NCBI GenBank assembly: GCA_964016885.1
Contig: OZ024749.1
Span: forward strand, 25,792,001-25,856,000
Direction: 5' to 3'
From: Eledone cirrhosa
Lineage: Eukaryota
DNA length: 64,000 bases
The notes below the pieces were generated by a model. The model made no database searches and was not told the DNA's origin. It worked only from the letters and a program-made list of their open reading frames with translations. Positions 13,515 through 27,579 of the stretch are shown here, piece after piece; position 1 is the first letter of the stretch, and each line of letters starts with the position of its first letter. Both the position numbers and the translations under genes were made by a program.

Positions 13515-13897
13515 ATACCTTCCTGCCAGATTTTTGAACGTATATACTTACCTTATGCATATTAACGGCTGAGTAGCCCAATTTTCATATCGAGTTGGTT
13601 AATCGGCCGGGTGCACCGAAAACGATAAACAGAAAAAATGAAACGAAATTTCATTTCCCACTCTTAGTACTGCTGTTACTTAAATATAAGTATGTATACG
13701 TACATACATATATGTATACAGACGTTCAGTAGTATGTATATATATATATATACATACATGCACACATATATATATACATACGTATGTATTCACCGAACAT
13801 TTATTATAATGCTCGGTGTGTTTGTAAACAAACATCCCGTATTAAACCGTAGTGTCTAGCAACCATCGTTGCTCGTTTGTTCAACACTGACGAAGGA

Positions 13898-13940
13898 ACG
13901 CTGTACTAGTTTCAAGCTTATTAGCTATCGTCAGCAACGT
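13898..13940 (-). ncRNA. Minimal hammerhead ribozyme (family C), unit 3
   Basis: Identical motif to 13050-13092. Confidence 0.9.
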
Positions 13941-14041
13941 ATACCTTTAACGATTAACCCACTCGATATGAAAATTGGGCTACTCAGCCGTTAATATGCA
14001 TAAGGTAAGTATATACGTTCAACAATTTGGCAGGAAGGTAT

Positions 14042-14084
14042 ACGTTGCTGGCGATAGCTAATAAGCTTGAAACTAGTACAGCGT
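14042..14084 (+). ncRNA. Hammerhead (family C), inverted copy with core mutation
   Basis: acgttg-CTGGCGA(A6G)-tagctaataagctt-GAAA-ctag-TA-cagcgt. Probably impaired. Confidence 0.7.
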
Positions 14085-14315
14085 TCCTTTGTCAGTGTTG
14101 AACAAACGAGCAACGATGGTTGCTAGACACTACGGCTTAATACGGGATGTTTGTTTACAAACACACCGAGCATTATAATAAATGTTTGGTGAATCCATAC
14201 GTACATATATATATGTGTGCATGTATATAGATATACATACTACTGTACGTCTGTATACATATATGTATGTACGTGTACATACTTTTGTGTACATATATAT
14301 ATATATAAATATATA

Positions 14316-14376
<61 letters not shown>

Positions 14377-14422
14377 ATCCGCATACACACACGTATATAT
14401 ATATAGGCATATATATATATAC

Positions 14423-14469
<47 letters not shown>

Positions 14470-14483
14470 CGTATACATACATG

Positions 14484-14526
<43 letters not shown>

Positions 14527-14978
14527 TTGATTCCATTTAATCGCTTATATTCTAATTTAAATCAACATTTTTTGTACCTCTCTCTCTTCCTGAGTTCATT
14601 GTATATTCTTAAAATCAATCGACACAAAAAAACAAATTCGATTTCTCCTTGTTTCTATCAGTGGATTATCGGATATCATTTAGAGCATATTACAATTGAA
14701 ATTTTAGAAATTATACATTCCATTGAAGGTAGAGGCATTAAGTATTCACACAGAAAAGAATATATTTACTAAAAAATAAAATGAAATAAATAAAAGGTAA
14801 CAATAACGACGACAACAACAATATAAGGAATACTGAGATGATTTAGCGCGTTATCTCTTCAGCACGTATATATATATATGCATATGTGTGCATGCGTGTG
14901 CATATCCGCAAGTGCGTATGCACATGTCCATATTTACACATATTTATGCAAACAGACACACACACACACACACACATA

Positions 14979-15043
<65 letters not shown>

Positions 15044-15054
15044 ATATATATATA

Positions 15055-15260
15055 TCCCGAGTTTATCCCGAGTTTATCCCGAGTTCAATCGGGGGTAACC
15101 ACAGCAAGTAAGATACTCAATACATAACAGAGTATAAATATTTTATATAGAAATGGCTTCTACAGGACTAGAACTGTTTCATTCAGGAGAAATCTTCAGG
15201 ACTTCCTGATGATTTCTCCAGAATAAAATAGTTCTAGTCCTGTAGAATCAATTTCTATAT
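15055..15260 (-). mobile_element. Family-B element with a fold-back palindrome (15145-15260) of two opposed HHR motifs
   Basis: The minus arm reads CTGAAGA-tttctcctgaat-GAAA-cagttctagtcctg-TA. The plus arm reads CTGATGA-tttctccagaat-AAAA-tagttctagtcctg-TA. The centre is at about 15202. Confidence 0.7.
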
Positions 15261-15299
<39 letters not shown>

Positions 15300-15304
15300 A
15301 TATC

Positions 15305-15337
<33 letters not shown>

Positions 15338-15600
15338 CATGAATCAAAGTTATGTTCAAACCATTTATTAGCTTACAATTGTTTCTTCCAAACCGAGGTT
15401 TTGAATCTTCGGAGCAATTTTTCAATGATTGTTTAAATACATGACCTCCTTGCGACATACAGAAACATATGTATATATCGATGCACAGTGGGGTGACATC
15501 CATTATAATATTTTAGCATGCCAATTTACATTCAAAAATTAAAAGAAAATTAAAAGAAAATTAAAGTTAAAATACAACATCGGCAGTTTACGAAGATAAT

Positions 15601-15720
15601 GCAAGAGGATAGTTTGAAGTAGTTAGTGTATGCAATGGTTACACGTGGGGCATGCGCGTGTGTCTTATTTATATAAGATTATATTGCGGCTAGGTGTTAT
15701 ATGCAATACAAGCACTTTAA
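15601..15720 (+). pseudogene. Possible decayed SRCR-domain exon
   Basis: One frame reads ARG*FEVVSVCNGYTWGMRVC-x10-VICN, similar to the SRCR pattern GRVEV..NG.WGTVC-x10-VVC. It has an internal stop. Confidence 0.3.
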
Positions 15721-17513
15721 ACGGGCAATCAAGAGTATTATGGGGTTTGTATTGGTAAAGTATTTTTTATGTATGATATAGAAGCTTGTGTGCAGAGAAA
15801 TATTAAAAGTGAGAAGCAAAATAATGTTATGGTTTTCGTATACACCACCATTTTCACAATCCAGGAAACGTAATATATAGATTATATGTCCTTCACATAA
15901 TCAACGATGATTCAGTATTGGATGCTTGATGTATTAGGTTAGATTATTACAGCTTGTTGTTCTTTATTCCAATTTTATAGAGCAGGTTGTTTTTGTTGCG
16001 AGAATTTACATCGTATTATTTTCCGGAAGTCTGTGTGTGATTAAGGGGAGTTAATGCGTGAAGGGAGGTAACTAGCTGATTTCTATAACTAAATTTATTA
16101 TTTCAATGTACATTAAATGGTGTCCCAATTGAGTCCCTAACATATATGGTTATAAACAGTTTCTAAATTTAAGTATCCTATCTTTAAATTACAGTCTAGT
16201 CTATCAAGAAGTACTAAAGGTGTCCATATTAGGATGATTACGCTCCATCATAGTGTCACAACTGAATATTCCACATGAAGAGTCAGATCTCCAAATCAAT
16301 GATCTTTGTAAATGTGGTCTACCCACAGAACCTGGCAGGGTTTTATTAGAACCACGTCTATATACAACCCCTGGTAAGCTCTGGGTCAGTGCATGTCTGA
16401 TTGCATGGCAAAGTTAAATACCTCTAGGGTAGACCAGAGAGCAATTCTACCTACTACAACAACAACTATACCGTCACCAACAACAATAACAACGGCACGG
16501 TCACCAACACCAAAAGCAACAAATAACACGCCTAGGACACCACCAGCAACAATACCAACACCATCAACAACAAGCACGTATTCACTACCAACAATAGCCA
16601 GGCTAACATGGCCCTCAACAAAAACGCCAAGAAGAACAAGCCCTTCTCCACTCCCACCAACCACAACGACAACTACACAGACACCAAATACGACTAATAC
16701 ACGGTCACCAACACCAAAATCAACAAGCAAATCACTGCCATCAACAACAGCAAGCACACTAGCACAACTGATAATAACTACACCAAAACTGCTCACAACA
16801 AAAACACAAACAAAAACACCAACAGAAACATCAACAACAAAAACACCAACAGCAAAACACCAACAACAAAGACATCAGCAACAAAAACATCAGCAACAAA
16901 GACATCAACAACAAAAGCACCAACAACAAAAACACCAACAACAAAAATACCATCACCTCCGCCAACCATAAGAACATTTAATCCGACATCACCAACAATA
17001 TGCAAGTCACCAGTACCAACAGAATCCATACTAAAACCTCCCACAACAAAAACGCTACCACACCAAAACCAACAGCAACATGCAGGCCACAATTATCAAA
17101 ATTAACTAATGTAAAACCACCCCCAACAAAAGCACAACATAAAGCAACTTCAACAAGCACATGTCGGCCACCAACAATAATCACCCCCCAACAGCAAGTA
17201 CGCCACAATAATCAGACAAAAAGTGCGCAAAACATGAACGACAACAACAACCCCAACAACCACAACAACAGCTACAACGACTGCAAACAGGCCACGGACA
17301 CCATAAATAACCACAACAAAACCTCCAACACAACTACAATAATCACGCAAAAAGTGCACACAAACTAAACGACGACAACAACCACAACGACAGCAAGCAT
17401 GTCATCAACACCAACAACAAACACACCAAAAACCCCCAGAAGAAAATTGCCAAGAACTCTAACAATAACCACCCACAAGTAAAATGACATCAACACCCCC
17501 TACACCAGCAAGA

Positions 17514-17830
17514 ACCACCCACAAGAAAATCGCCAACAACACTCACAACACCAACAAAAACCACCCACAAGATAATCGCCAACAACACTCACAACACCAG
17601 CAAAAACCACCCACAAGATAATCGCCAACAACACTCACAACACCAGCAAAAACCACCCACAAGATAATCGCCAACAACACTCGCAACACCAACAATAACC
17701 ACCCACAAGAAAATCGCCAACAACACTCACAACACCAACAATAACGACCCACAAGAAAATCGCCAACAACACTCACAACACCAACGATAACCACCCACAA
17801 GATAATCGCCAACAGCACTCACAACAACCA
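17514..17830 (+). repeat. 46-bp minisatellite, about 7 copies
   Basis: accacccacaagataatcgccaacaacactcacaacaccagcaaaa recurs at about 17560, 17606, 17652, 17698, 17744 and 17790. Confidence 0.85.
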
Positions 17831-17941
17831 CCAACAAATAAAACGCCAACAACACCAAGAACAACAATAATCACTCTCAAGATAAACGCCAACAAACACC
17901 GAAGCAACCAACAACAATCAGGCCACCAGCACTAACAATAA

Positions 17942-18152
17942 GGGTTTCTTATATAGACTCAAGGACAGCAATTTTATGGAAGGGGACAGTCGATTAAATT
18001 GACCCCTGTGTATTACTGGTACTTTATTGTCTCGACCAGATAAGGACGTAAAGCATAGTTAACCACGGCGGGATTTGATCTCAGATCATAAAGCACCGTT
18101 AGTCTATACTGCAAAGCATGGTGCCCGACCCTTTACCGATACTTCCAATACA
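17942..18152 (-). mobile_element. tRNA-SINE with a 14-bp target-site duplication
   Basis: SINE body flanked by agcactaacaataa at 17928-17941 and 18153-18166. Confidence 0.8.
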
Positions 18153-18237
18153 AGCACTAACAATAATCAAAGCAAAACTACCTACAAGAAAAACGACAAC
18201 AACAATATTAACCACTCTAAAACCACCCACGACATAA

Positions 18238-21200
18238 ACTTCACCAGCCCCGACAACGATAACAAAAACTAACCTGTCACCAGCAATAACAATAAAAGCA
18301 ACACTATCAAAAACACCAACAACACCTCCACTACCAACAACACCACCACTACCAACAGCACCACTAAAACCACAACTACCAACAACACCAACAACACCAA
18401 CACTACCAACAACAGCAACAACACCACCACTACCAACAACACCACCACTAACAACAGCACCACTAAAACCAGCACTACCAACAACACCAACAACACCACC
18501 ACTACCAACAACACCACCACTACCAATAACACCACCACTACCAACAACACCACCACTACCAACAACACCACCACTACCAACAACACCACCACTACCAACA
18601 ACACCACCACTACCAACAACACCACCACTACCAACAACACCAACAACACCACCACTACCAACAACACCACCACTACCAACAACACCAACAACACCACCAC
18701 TACCAACAACACCACCACTACCAACAACACCAACAACACCACCACTACCAACAACACCACCACTACCAACAACACCACCACTACCAACAACACCACCACT
18801 ACCAACAACACCAACAACACCACCACTACCAACAACACCACCACTACCAACAACACCAGCACTACCAACAACACCAACAACACCACCACTACCAACAACA
18901 CCACCACTACCAACAACACCAACAACACCACCACTACCAACAACACCACCACTACCAACAACACCAACAACACCACCACTACCAACAACACCACCACTAC
19001 CAATAACACCACCACTACCAACAACACCACCACTACCAACAACACCACCACTACCAACAACACCACCACTACCAACAACACCACCACTACCAACAACACC
19101 ACCACTACCAACAACACCACCACTACCAACAACACCACCACTACCAACAACACCAACAACACCACCACTACCAACAACACCATCACTACCAACAACACCA
19201 CCACTACCAACAACACCAACAACACCACCACTACCAACAACACCAACAACACCACCACTACCAACAACACCATCACTACCAACAACACCACCACTACCAA
19301 CAACACCAAAAACACCACCTCTACCAACAACACCAACAACACCACCACTACCAACAACACCACCACTACCAACAACACCACCACTAACAACAGCACCACT
19401 AAAACCACCACTACCAACAACACCAACAACACCACTACTATCAATAACACCAACAACACCACCAATACCAACGGCACCACTAAAACCACCACTACCAACA
19501 ACACCAACAACACCACTACTATCAACAACAACAACAACACCATCACTACCAACAACACCAACTCTACCATCAACAGGACCACTACCAACAACACCAACAA
19601 CACCATCACTACCAACAACACCACCACTACCAACAACACCAACTCTACCATCAACAGGACCACTACCAACAACACCAACAACACCACCACTACCAACAAC
19701 ACCACCACTACCAACAACACCACCACTACCAACAACACCACCACTACCAACAACACCACCACTACCAACAACACCACCACTACCAACAACACCACCACTA
19801 CCAACAACACCAACAACACCACCACTACCAACAACACCACCACTACCAACAACACCACCACTACCAACAACACCACCACTACCAACAACACCAACAACAC
19901 CACCACTACCAACAAGACCATCACTACCAACAACACCACCACTACCAACAACACCAACAACACCACCTCTACCAACAACACCAACAACACCACCACTACC
20001 AACAACACCAACAACACCACCAGTACCAACAACACCATCACTACCAACAACACCACCACTACCAACAACACCAACAACACCACCTCTACCAACAACACCA
20101 ACAACACCACCACTACCAACAACACCACCACTACCAACAACACCACCACTACCAACAACACCACCACTACCAACAACACCAACAACACCACCACTACCAA
20201 CAACACCACCACTACCAACAACACCACCACTACCAACAACACCACCACTACCAACAACACCAACAACACCACCACTACCAACAACACCACCACTACCAAC
20301 AACACCACCACTACCAACAACACCACCACTACCAACAACACCAACAACACCACCACTACCAACAACACCATCACTACCAACAACACCAACATTTCCAACA
20401 ACACCACCACTACCAACAACACCAACAACACCACCACTACCAACAACACCATCACTACCAACAACACCACCACTACCAACAACACCAACAACACCACCAC
20501 TACCAACAACACCAACAACACCAACAACACCACCACTACCAACAACACCACCACTACCAACAACACCAACAACACCACCACTACCAACAACACCACCACT
20601 ACCAACAACACCAACAACACCAACAACACCACCACTACCAACAACACCACCACTACCAACGACACCAACAACACCACCACTACCAACAACACCAACAACA
20701 CCAACAACACCACCACTACCAACAACACCAACAACACCAACAACACCACCACTACCAACAACACCAACAACACCAACAACACCACCACTACCAACAACAC
20801 CAACAACACCACCACTACCAACAACACCACCACTACCAACAACACCAACAACACCAACATCACCACCACTACCAACAACACCACCACTACCAACAACACC
20901 AACAACACCACCACTACCAACAACACCAACAACACCAACAACACCACCACTACCAACAACACCACCACTACCAACAACACCAACAACACCAACAACACCA
21001 CCACTACCAACAACACCACCACTACCAACAACACCAACAACACCACCACTACCAACAACACCAACAACACCAACAACACCACCACTACCAACAACACCAA
21101 CAACACCAACAACACCACCACTACCAACAACACCACCACTACCAACAACACCAACAACACCAACAACACCACCACTACCAACAACACCACCACTACCAAC

Positions 21201-24200
21201 AAGACCAACAACACCACCACTACCAACAACACCACCACTACCAACAACACCAACAACACCACCACTACCAACAACACCACCACTACCAACAACACCAACA
21301 ACACCAACAACACCACCACTACCAACAACACCAACAACACCACCACTACCAACAACACCAACAACACCACCACTACCAACAACACCACCACTACCAACAA
21401 CACCAACAACACTACCACTACCAACAACACCACCACTACCAACAACACCAACAACACCACCACTACCAACAACACCAACAACACCACCACTACCAACAAC
21501 ACCACCACTACCAACAACACCACCACTACCAACAACACCACCACTACCAACAGCACCACCACTACCAACAACACCAACAATACCACCACTACCAACAACA
21601 CCAACAACACCACCACTACCATCAACACCACCACTACCAACAACACCACCACTACCAACAACACCAACAACACCACCACTACCAACAACACCAACAACAC
21701 CACCACTACCAACAACACCAACAACACCACCACTACCAACAGCACCACCACTACCAACAACACCAACAATACCACCACTACCAACAACACCAACAACACC
21801 ACCACTACCAACAACACCACCACTACCAACAGCACCACCACTACCAACAACACCAACAACACCACCACTACCAACAACACCAACAATAACACCACTACCA
21901 ACAATACCACCACTACCAACAACACCAACAACACCACCACTGCCAACAGCACCACCACTACCAACAACACCAACAATAACACCACTACCATCAACACCAC
22001 CACTACCAACAACACCACCACTACCAACAGCACCACCACTACCAACAACACCAACAATACCACCACTACCAACAACACCAACAACACCACCACTACCAAC
22101 AACACCACCACTACCAACAGCACCACCACTACCAACAACACCAACAATACCACCACTACCAACAACACCAACAACACCACCACTACCATCAACACCACCA
22201 CTACCAACAACACCACCACTACCAACAACACCAACAACACCACCACTACCAACAACACCACCACTACCAACAGCACCACCACTACCAACAACACCAACAA
22301 TACCACCACTACCAACAACACCAACAACACCACCACTACCATCAACACCACCACTACCAACAACACCACCACTACCAACAACACCAACAACACCACCACT
22401 ACCAACAACACCACCACTACCAACAACACCAACAACACCACCACTACCAACAACACCAACAACACCACCACTACCAACAACACCACCACTACCAACAACA
22501 CCAACAACACCACCACTACCAACAACACCAACAACACCACCACTACCAACAACACCAACAACACCACCACTACCAACAACACCACCACTACCAACAACAC
22601 CAACAACACCACCACTACCAACAACACCACCACTACCAACAGCACCACCACTACCAACAACACCAACAATAACACCACTACCAACAACACCACCACTACC
22701 AACAACACCACCACTACCAACAACACCACCACTACCAACAACACCAACAACACCACCACTACCAACAACACCACCACTACCAAAAACACCAACAACACCA
22801 CCACTACCAAAAACACCAACAACACCACAACTACCACCACTACCATCAACACCACCACTACCAACAACACCACCACTACCAACAACACCACCACTACCAA
22901 CAACACCAACAATACCACCACTACCAACAACACCAACAACACCACCACTACCATCAACACCACCACTACCAACAACACCACCACTACCAACAACACCACC
23001 ACTACCAACAACACCAACAACACCACCACTACCATCAACACCACCACTACCAACAACACCAACAACACCACCACTACCAACAACAACACCACTACCAAAA
23101 ACACCAACAACACCACAACTACCAACAACACCAACAACACCACCACTACCATCAACACCACCACTACCAACAACACCACCACTACCAACAACACCAACAA
23201 CACCACCACTACCAAAAACACCAACAACACCACCACTACCATCAACACCACCACTACCAACAACACCACCACTACCAACAACACCAACAACACCAGCACT
23301 ACCAACAACACCAACAACACCACCACTACCAACAACAACACCACTACCAACAACACCACCACTACCAACAACACCACCACTACCAACAACACCACCACTA
23401 CCAACAACACCAACAACACCACCACTACCAACAACACCACTACCAACAACACCAAAAACACCACCACTACCAACAACACCAACAACACCACCACTACCAA
23501 CAACACCAAAAACACCACCACTACTAACAACACCAAAAACACCACCACTACCAACAACACCAACAACACCACCACTACCATCAACATCACCACTACCAAC
23601 AACACCAACAACACCACCACTACCAACAACACCACCACTACCAACAACAACACCACTACCAACAACACCAACAACACCACCACTACCAACAACACCACTA
23701 CCAACAACACCACCACTACCAACAACACCAACAACACCACCTCTACCAACAACACCACTACCAACAACACCACCACTACCAACAACACCACCACTACCAA
23801 CAACACCAACAACACCACCACTACCAACAACACCACTACCAACAACACCACCACTACCAACAACACCAACAACACCACCTCTACCAACAACACCACTACC
23901 AACAACACCACCACTACCAACAACACCACCACTACCAACAACACCAACAACACCACCACTACCAACAACACCAACAACACCACCTCTACCAACAACACCA
24001 CTACCAACAACACCACCACTACCAACAACACCACCACTACCAACAACACCAACAACACCACCACTACCAACAACACCACTACCAACAACACCACCACTAC
24101 CAACAACACCAACAACACCACCTCTACCAACAACACCACTACCAACAACACCACCACTACCAACAACACCACCACTACCAACAACACCAACAACAACACC

Positions 24201-24693
24201 ACTACCAACAGTACCACCACTACCAACAACACCAACAACACCACCACTACCATCAACACCACCACTACCAAAAACACCAACAACACCACAACTACCAACA
24301 ACACCAACAACACCACAACTACCAACAACACCAACAACAACACCACTACCAACAACACCACCACTACCAACAACACCACCACTACCAACAACAACACCAC
24401 TACCAACAACACCACCACTACCAACAACACCACCACTACCAACAACACCAACAACACCACCACTACCAACAACACCACCACTACCAACAACACCACCACT
24501 ACCAACAACACCAACAACACCACCACTACCATCAACACCACCACTACCAACAACAACACCACCACTACCAACAACAACACCTCCACTACCAACAACACCA
24601 ACAACACCACCACTACCAACAACACCAACAACACAACCACTACCAACAACACCAACAGGACCACCACTAACGACCAACAAAGAGAAGATATAG
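18238..24693 (+). repeat. 6.4-kb composite repeat (cca cca cta cca aca aca / cca aca aca); open frame (PPLPTT/PTT)n, mucin-like
   Basis: The frame is open between TAA at 18235-18237 and TAG at 24691-24693, with no ATG. Units are 9, 15 and 18 bp. The long minus-strand GSGGVV and poly-V/L ORFs are its shadows. Confidence 0.85.
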
Positions 24694-24885
24694 CGGAACA
24701 TTTCAGAATCAATGAAGAGGAATAATAGATGGGAGAAGTATAAAGGGTTATATCATTTATAAATTATAATAATTTTTATATGAATTTAAATAGACTTAAT
24801 TAGAAATTTAAATTATAACATAAAATTTAAAACGCTTCAAAATCTTTAAAAAGAACATCAAACGAGATAGTGAATATAATTATAA

Positions 24886-24932
<47 letters not shown>

Positions 24933-25435
24933 TATGTATCATCCGTACTAAGAGTGAGAGATGAAATTTCGTTTCATTCTTTTCCATATACGTATATATA
25001 TATATTTATATATATATGTCGGGGCGAGGGGTTTCTGCGTGCGCCTGTGTTTTTATCCATATATATATATATATATATGTCTGTGTGTGTCTGTGTGTGT
25101 GTGTGTGTGTGCGTGTGCGTGTATATACATAAGTATGTGTGTATATATCTGGAAAAAGATAGAGAGTGTGATAAATGTATATATATATTTTTTATATAAT
25201 ATTTTAAAGATATATATATATGTATATATGTATGCATGTATGTATGCATGTATGTATGAATATATGTATGAATTAATGTATGCATCCATATATGTATGTG
25301 TACGTGTGTGTATGTGCGTAGTATATAATTACAAACGGAGGTATTGAGAAAATGAACGAAGTTTATTGAAAGCGTGAAAACAATATTATTTTTTCCCTAT
25401 ATTTTAGTACAAAAATACGCTAAGGAGACGATATA

Positions 25436-25536
<101 letters not shown>

Positions 25537-25550
25537 TATATATAAATATA

Positions 25551-25634
<84 letters not shown>

Positions 25635-25744
25635 CATATGTATATATGTGATATTCTCCGCGCCACCTCTACATCTATATAGAGACAGATAATAGAAATG
25701 CATATATATAAATATATATATACATACATACACATATATATATA

Positions 25745-25790
<46 letters not shown>

Positions 25791-25999
25791 TACATACATA
25801 CTTATATATATATATATATGAATAAGAACAAGTATGGAGTCGTGTGGTACCTTTATAGAAAACTGGTAAATTATAGAGAGTTTAATTCCTTTTTTTATTT
25901 CAAGTGCATTGAAATTTTAATGAGAATATGAAATATTTAAATACGAGAACAAAGAACGAAAGTGATATTGTAGTAAACTTATATGTAAATATATATACA

Positions 26000-26060
<61 letters not shown>

Positions 26061-26324
26061 TATACTGAGAGATATTGTGCGTCGTGTGTGTGGATGAGTG
26101 TGTGAGATTGTGAGAGTCAATGCATATATAATGTATAATAGACTATGCTATCAACAGACGAAATTATAAGCATATATTAACCGTTCACACGCCATTTAAT
26201 ATGGAGTTAACTCTTTCAGTGTATTCATATATGTGTACTTCTGTATATTAGGCGTATATTATGGCCTTACTAGTCTCATTTAGTAACATCTTAAGTTTAT
26301 ATTATTAACATATATATTTATTTA

Positions 26325-26351
<27 letters not shown>

Positions 26352-26359
<8 letters not shown>

Positions 26360-26600
26360 GTAATCTGAGTTTTTCGAATATTAATAATAACATTCGATTC
26401 GTTTGCAATTATGCAAACAAGCCTCAATTGTATAGCCATGTCAGTAGAATGAACCCTTCATTATTGCTTTCGTGTTGGCTTGTGAACACAACTGCAGACA
26501 CTAATGTTTCTGGGTGTCACCCTTCATCAGTACAGCTCACTGTTCACCTGCCAAACTGTCACAGCTAGCGAAAATATATGCTATTTTCAAAAATACAGTG
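26352..26600. repeat. Interspersed repeat; empty-site paralogue of 10582-11472
   Basis: aaatgtaatctgagtttttcgaatattaataataacattcgattcgtttgcaattatgcaaacaagcctc... is contiguous here and split by SINEs at the other site. Confidence 0.85.
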
Positions 26601-26760
26601 ACTCAGATTACATTTATTGTATTCAGCCATGCAAAGCGAAAAAAGTTTCCCTTCATATATATATTTATATGTGTGTGTGTGTGTGTGTGCGTATGTGTGT
26701 GCGTGTGTGTGTGTATGTGTGTGTGTGTCTGTGTGTATGTGTGTGTAAGTATGTATCTAT

Positions 26761-26838
26761 TAGGACGTCAAGTATGAAATTTGTAGAAAATTCTTGTAAA
26801 AACACGGATTTCTACAAATTTTATACTTGATGGCCCAA
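26761..26838. repeat. Small hairpin / MITE-like inverted repeat
   Basis: tcaagtatgaaatttgtagaaa ... tttctacaaattttatacttga. Confidence 0.6.
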
Positions 26839-27060
26839 TGTATATAATCAATATATATAATCAACTTAACGCCCTATTTTCTCTACTTTTTTTCAAGTCA
26901 ACTCACATCGACCCGCTATCTCTGTCCTTCTAGGTATTATTTTACCCAACGCCCCTTCCACATATTCTGCTGCTTTAACAGCTTCCATACGCCGAGCTTT
27001 TCCATTTTCCTTGAACCTAATACCTACCACTTTTCGTAACTGTACTCCGTCATTTACTTT

Positions 27061-27123
<63 letters not shown>

Positions 27124-27210
27124 GGAGGTGAGTTTTATTGTAGTACAATAGAGCAATGCAGATATCGGATAAGAAGCACTCTACAGTTTGTGGGACTGGA
27201 GTATGCATAA

Positions 27211-27539
27211 TATAAGATCAAAAGATGGTTAAAGGAGTTCAATATATTTTATTATGCGCATTTCAAAAACAAACATCATCAAACAATAATATTTGTGTTT
27301 TCATCAGATAAAACATGAGAACATGATATGAAGGCTAAAAAAACACTTGTGGATAGTGCAGTTTTAAATCAACATATGTTGATTTAAAACTGCACTATCC
27401 ACAAGTGTTTTTTAGCCTTCATATCATGTTCTCCTATTTTATCTGATGAAAACACAAATATTATTGCATGATGGTGTTTGTTTTTGAAATGCGCATAATA
27501 AAATATATGGAACTCCTTTAACCATCTTTTGATCTTATA
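27211..27539. mobile_element. Spacer-less palindrome of the PLE1 terminus with two intact HHRs (27247-27313 minus, 27437-27503 plus)
   Basis: Each arm matches 2777-2942. The centre is the 6-bp palindrome catatg (27373-27378). Confidence 0.9.
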
Positions 27540-27540
27540 T

Positions 27541-27579
<39 letters not shown>

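Larger units (their letters stand above)
12775..14283. mobile_element. Retrozyme-like tandem array (about 422-426-bp unit; nearly three direct copies plus one inverted partial copy)
   Basis: Units start at about 12775, 13206 and 13627. The inversion is at about 13947, with the reverse complement running to about 14283. There is one HHR per unit and no ORF. A short inverted fragment lies at about 24942-24987. Confidence 0.85.
16390..18237 (+). pseudogene. Frameshifted Thr/Pro/Lys-rich mucin-like sequence
   Basis: PTTTTTIPSPTTITTARSPTPKAT... continues across several frames, with stops, a 46-bp repeat and a SINE insertion. Confidence 0.55.

Noticed and set aside
13887-13950. Plus-strand CTGACGA overlapping the family-C HHR as an opposite-polarity ribozyme
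   Set aside because: The other units read CTGACAA, and no stem II-GAAA or stem I can be closed.
18099-24712. 2200-aa Gly/Val and 2147-aa Val/Leu ORFs on the minus strand
   Set aside because: They are antisense shadows of the plus-strand CCA/ACA/CTA repeat, which can hardly generate stops. The compositions are implausible for a protein.
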